Of a DNA stretch of 63,951 nucleotides, positions 58,831 through 63,951 are shown in pieces. The translations under genes and the position numbers were made by a program. This DNA is from Euryarchaeota archaeon UBA257. GTDB lineage: Archaea; Thermoplasmatota; Poseidoniia; Poseidoniales; Thalassarchaeaceae. Within the stretch, counting starts at the first letter, position 1. Each line of letters opens with the position of its first letter. The notes under the pieces are model-generated. The model was not told the origin of the DNA. It ran no database searches and was given only the letters and a program-made list of their open reading frames with translations. The DNA is taken from contig DAJO01000009.1 of NCBI GenBank assembly GCA_002498985.1, positions 1 to 63,951 of the forward strand, written 5' to 3'.

Positions 58831-60464
58831 TACATCCTAAATACGCCATAATTTTGATCGGGCATGGGAGCATTGAGACTAGCTGAAATACATAATCCTA
58901 GAATATCTCGAGTATCTCGTGGATCTATTATTCCATCATCCCATAATCTAGCTGTAGAATAGTAAGGAGATCCTTCAGTTTCATATTTTTCTAAAATTGG
59001 CCTTCTTAGATTTTCTATTTCATAATCACTCATTTGAGGAAGGTTCTCTCTAGACATTTGATCTTGTTTTACTGTAGCTAAAACATCTGCTGCCTGTGGG
59101 CCCCCCATTACAGATATTCGAGAATTGGGCCACATGAAAACAAATCTTGGATCATATGCTCTTCCACACATACCATAATTTCCTGCTCCATGGGAACCTC
59201 CAATAATTACTGTAAATTTAGGCACAGGCACGCAAGATACTGCAGTAACTAACTTAGCGCCATCTTTGGCAATACCGCCTGATTCGGCATCTCTACCGAC
59301 CATAAATCCAGTAATATTCTGTAAGAATATCAAGGGGATACCACGTTGTCCGCATAGTTCTACAAAATGAGCACCCTTCAAAGAAGATTCGGAAAATAAA
59401 ATACCATTATTTGCGACTATTCCAACTGGATAGCCGTGTATTCTAGCGAAACCACAAACCAATGTATTTCCATATCTCTTTTTAAATTCATGAAAACGAC
59501 TGCCGTCCACAATTCTAGATATTACCTCTCTCACATCATACGGTGTTCGATTATCATCAGGAATTATTCCCATTAATTCCTCGACATCATGTTTGGGTTC
59601 TTCAACAACTTCAACATCTAATCTTTGTTTAGGGTTGATATTGAGGTTTTCAATAACATTGCGGACCATTCGAAGTGCTTCTGGTTCATCTTCCGCATAA
59701 TGATCCGCAACACCGGACTCACGTGTGTGTAAATCTGCGCCACCGAGATCTTCAGCAGTAACTTCTTCGCCTGTTGCGGATTTAACTAATGGAGGTCCTG
59801 CTAAAAATATCGTACCATTACCTTTGACGATTATGGATTCGTCCGACATTGCTGGGATATAGGCTCCACCTGCTGTGCAACTACCCAATACGGCTGCAAC
59901 TTGAGAAACTCCTTTACTGGAAAGAATCGCTTGATTCCTGAATATTCTTCCGAAGTGGCCCTTGTCTGGAAAAACTTCATCTTGCATTGGTAAAAAAGCA
60001 CCACCACTATCTACAAGATAAATACAGGTTAGATTATTTTCATCGGCAATTTCTTGAGCCCTAATATGCTTTTTAACAGTCATAGGATAATACGAACCGC
60101 CTTTGACAGTTGCATCGTTTGCTACAAATAAACACTCTTTTCCATGAACAACTCCTATTCCAGTTATAATTCCGGCGGAATGTGCTCGAGAATCATAAAG
60201 CCCATTTGCTGCCAAAGATGAGAATTCAAGAAAAGGTGTCCCTGGATCACAAATTTCGTTTATCCTTTCTCTAGCAAGTAATTTCCCTCGACTACGGTGA
60301 CGGTCGACATATTTTTTACCTCCACCTTCTTTAACTTGGTTGATTTTTTGTTTTAATTCATCAACAAGTTGAATATTGAAATCCCTTCTACGATTGAAAT
60401 CTTCACTATTCCGGTCGATACGAGTTGGTAGCCTATCCATATCTCTCAACTCTCCAGAGGGCAT
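58830..60464 (-). CDS. acyl-CoA carboxylase carboxyltransferase subunit (methylcrotonyl-CoA carboxylase beta-like)
   Basis: Two-domain carboxyltransferase with end-to-end MCC-beta/PCC-beta resemblance. Possible starts are TTG 60476, ATG 60464 or ATG 60440. Confidence 0.9.
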   Translation of the reverse strand: MPSGELRDMDRLPTRIDRNSEDFNRRRDFNIQLVDELKQKINQVKEGGGKKYVDRHRSRGKLLARERINEICDPGTPFLEFSSLAANGLYDSRAHSAGIITGIGVVHGKECLFVANDATVKGGSYYPMTVKKHIRAQEIADENNLTCIYLVDSGGAFLPMQDEVFPDKGHFGRIFRNQAILSSKGVSQVAAVLGSCTAGGAYIPAMSDESIIVKGNGTIFLAGPPLVKSATGEEVTAEDLGGADLHTRESGVADHYAEDEPEALRMVRNVIENLNINPKQRLDVEVVEEPKHDVEELMGIIPDDNRTPYDVREVISRIVDGSRFHEFKKRYGNTLVCGFARIHGYPVGIVANNGILFSESSLKGAHFVELCGQRGIPLIFLQNITGFMVGRDAESGGIAKDGAKLVTAVSCVPVPKFTVIIGGSHGAGNYGMCGRAYDPRFVFMWPNSRISVMGGPQAADVLATVKQDQMSRENLPQMSDYEIENLRRPILEKYETEGSPYYSTARLWDDGIIDPRDTRDILGLCISASLNAPMPDQNYGVFRM

Positions 60465-60508
60465 TCGAACTTTCAATTGAATGGGTTAGTAATCATGATT
60501 TGACCTAA

Positions 60509-61807
<1,299 letters not shown>

Positions 61808-61836
61808 TTAGGTATAACGCATTTGACATTAGAAAA

Positions 61837-62568
61837 TTATTCTTCTTCAAAAACTATTTTTTCATCATCTGCTAATTTCATCATTTCTGTTATTGCATCT
61901 TGGTCCAAAGGATCCACTTGTGAATTTGTGAACTTTCTTTCTCTTCGTCGGCGGGCATCAGCTAAACTAGGAACTAATGCTTCAAATGTTGAAGTATCTT
62001 CAACAACTTTCTCTTCATATGTTTCAAGACTGTAAGAGCGAATCCTTTGTCTCTTTCTATCCTGCTCTAAGCCGAAAAGAACTGTCCCATGCTCAGAACC
62101 TTGGAGAATACCTTCGATTGCAGGTGTGGCTAACGCCAAGGATTCTTGATCACCAATTACCAAAACTGTTGAGCCGTAGATTGCCATTTCTGTACCCGTT
62201 AATTCTTCAATTAAACTTCTAATACGGCCATTAGTACCAATTAATCTACTTCTCATTCTTCTAGTTTGATTTGGTTGTCTACCTACCCACTCTCTAATAT
62301 CATACATTCTCAAGAAAACATCGTCTTCTAAAAGTTGAATTGCTCTTTTAGGAGCTAATCCTCTTCCAATAGCAAAAATCACATCAGGGAGCTTCATTTT
62401 TATCACTGGATCCGAACCTTCATCAGGCCATACAACACTAACATCACCTGAATTTGATTCGATGTGCAATGATGCTTTACATGCTTTCTCAATCATTTTC
62501 CTTGTGGAGCCACGTTTACCAATAAGCACGGCAATACGATTTTTAGGAATCCGTGCTAAATGCTCCAT
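61837..62568 (-). CDS. KH-domain RNA-binding protein (archaeal Dim2/Pno1-like)
   Basis: Two KH modules (IGKRGSTRKMIE, IGTNGRIRSLIE). ATG 62568 lies downstream of the Rio1 stop. This is the conserved aIF1A-Rio1-KH gene order. Confidence 0.8.
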   Translation of the reverse strand: MEHLARIPKNRIAVLIGKRGSTRKMIEKACKASLHIESNSGDVSVVWPDEGSDPVIKMKLPDVIFAIGRGLAPKRAIQLLEDDVFLRMYDIREWVGRQPNQTRRMRSRLIGTNGRIRSLIEELTGTEMAIYGSTVLVIGDQESLALATPAIEGILQGSEHGTVLFGLEQDRKRQRIRSYSLETYEEKVVEDTSTFEALVPSLADARRRRERKFTNSQVDPLDQDAITEMMKLADDEKIVFEEE

Positions 62569-62606
62569 ATGTCTGGGGAGTACCCATTCTGTTTTAACTT
62601 CCTGTT

Positions 62607-63491
62607 TTAACTTCCATCGGAGAGAGAAGGTAATGTGGGAACTGGGTCTTCTAATACCCGAAGTAAACATTCACCAATATCTTCATTATATCCTAGACGA
62701 TTTATCCACTGAACTAATCTAGTCACATCTCTAACTAGAAATTCCTCTGAGTGTGGATGTTGCTTAGTCACACTTTGGCCAACATCAATTACCCATGGTT
62801 CTCCGTCTTTCCATAAAATATTATATTCTGAAAAATCAGCATGTACAAGTTCAGCTGTTTGCCAATTAATTGCGACGAACTCTAGTAAATCTTCGAATAC
62901 CTCATACGGTTCGTCAATAATTACATCTTTTAATCGTGGACTGACGCCTTCACCTTCACCTAAATATTCCATAATAAGAACATTTTTCAAATTAGACAGA
63001 GGTTTTGGGACTCTTAGACCGTATTTTCTCATTCTTTTTAAATTTCTAAACTCTTTTCGTACCCAAATATTCACTAATTCTCTGTGTCTACGTGAAAGAC
63101 CTCCAAATCTTGGATCACCATCAATATATTTTGCTAAACCTTTGAATACAGCATTTGTTGTATGAAATATTTTCACTGCTACTGGTCCATGATTAGAAGT
63201 TCCATGGAAAACATGTGCCTCCTTTCCTCTTGCAATGGGATAGTCAAGTGTTTCAATTTCTCCTTTCTGCATTAACTTATGTAATGACATTAATGTAGAT
63301 TTATCAAATACTGCATCGAAAACTCTTCGATCTACCCAATCATAAGTTCCCTTCCCTAAAACTCCCTGAAGACCGTCCTCAATTTCAGAGAACATTTTTT
63401 CAAATCTAGGTTCAGATAGCCATTGATGTTTTTTCTCGCCTCGCATTAAGGCGTCGAGGTCGGGTAAATCCCAATCCTCTGAATCCGACAT
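62607..63491 (-). CDS. rio1: RIO-type serine/threonine protein kinase (Rio1)
   Basis: GKEAHVF, LVHADFSEYNIL and IDVGQSV motifs, with no N-terminal wHTH. ATG 63491 lies just after the aIF-1A stop. Confidence 0.9.
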   Translation of the reverse strand: MSDSEDWDLPDLDALMRGEKKHQWLSEPRFEKMFSEIEDGLQGVLGKGTYDWVDRRVFDAVFDKSTLMSLHKLMQKGEIETLDYPIARGKEAHVFHGTSNHGPVAVKIFHTTNAVFKGLAKYIDGDPRFGGLSRRHRELVNIWVRKEFRNLKRMRKYGLRVPKPLSNLKNVLIMEYLGEGEGVSPRLKDVIIDEPYEVFEDLLEFVAINWQTAELVHADFSEYNILWKDGEPWVIDVGQSVTKQHPHSEEFLVRDVTRLVQWINRLGYNEDIGECLLRVLEDPVPTLPSLSDGS

Positions 63492-63495
63492 AATT

Positions 63496-63951
63496 TCACC
63501 CGAAGAAAGAATCAATATCGTCATCAACAGAAGATTTTTCTTTTACAACTGGTTGCTGAATCTCTAATTCTGATTCTTCTTCTACTACAACTTCATCATC
63601 TATAGATTCTATTTCTTCAGTTTCTTGAGTTGCTTCAGAAATATCTTCTGACATTCCAAATAAATCTACAATATCTGGTAGTACTCCTTTTCGTGACAAA
63701 TATAATGACTGTGTTTTTGTATATCTCATCACTACATTAGCCTTTTCATCCTGAAAATCCCATGGTTGAACAACTATCAAGTCGCCTTCTCGGACCCATT
63801 GTCTACGTCGCATTTTCCCAGGTATCCGAGCTAGACGACTGTCTCCGTCTTCACAGACAGCCCTTACTCTTCTACCACCTAAAATCTGATCTGCAATAGC
63901 GAACATTTCATTGACTTTACGATTTGGTAGAGGGACTCTAATTTTGTCACC
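63496..63951 (-). CDS. eif1a: translation initiation factor aIF-1A, 5'-truncated by the window edge
   Basis: S1/OB core RVRAVCEDGDSRLARIPGKMRRRQWVREGDLIVV. The reading frame stays open to the last base of the window (GDKIRVPLPNRKVNEMF...), so the true start lies beyond 63951. It has an acidic C-terminal tail. Confidence 0.85.
   Translation of the reverse strand, partial: GDKIRVPLPNRKVNEMFAIADQILGGRRVRAVCEDGDSRLARIPGKMRRRQWVREGDLIVVQPWDFQDEKANVVMRYTKTQSLYLSRKGVLPDIVDLFGMSEDISEATQETEEIESIDDEVVVEEESELEIQQPVVKEKSSVDDDIDSFFG

Overview
This is a compact (roughly 95% coding by eye), AT-rich archaeal chromosome segment. aIF-1A, a Rio1 kinase/KH-protein pair, thermosome, Cdc48, Hjc, MC1 chromatin protein and an NcsA/TtuA-type tRNA thiolase mark it as archaeal. 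The acidic proteome and bacterial-type dnaK, thrS and leucine-catabolism genes suggest, by inference only, a planktonic marine euryarchaeote of the Marine Group II/Poseidoniales type. I call one tRNA-Gly(GCC) and about 58 protein genes: chaperones, pyrimidine genes (pyrG, pyrBI, carbamate kinase, dCMP deaminase), thrS and serS, succinate dehydrogenase, a methylcrotonyl-CoA carboxylase cluster, an Lhr helicase, membrane proteases and several large secreted or membrane proteins of unknown function. I saw no CRISPR array, rRNA, transposase or integrase. The most unusual content is: (1) a translationally coupled DUF4350-like/DUF58/polytopic-membrane module with no MoxR ATPase, directly behind a cdc48/PRC-barrel pair; (2) a GHMP sugar kinase, surface glycoprotein and TM-plus-helical-repeat protein gene string; (3) an SDH operon with a single atypical 5-TM anchor carrying Cys/His pairs; (4) a dnaK operon where a Met-rich Hsp20-like gene sits in the usual grpE position; (5) a eukaryote-like PLC-X-domain lipoprotein. 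All family assignments come from motifs read by eye in the supplied translations; no database search was run. Start codons are often ambiguous because the ORF track uses GTG/TTG starts, so I moved several starts to internal ATGs that have Shine-Dalgarno-like motifs or abut the upstream gene.
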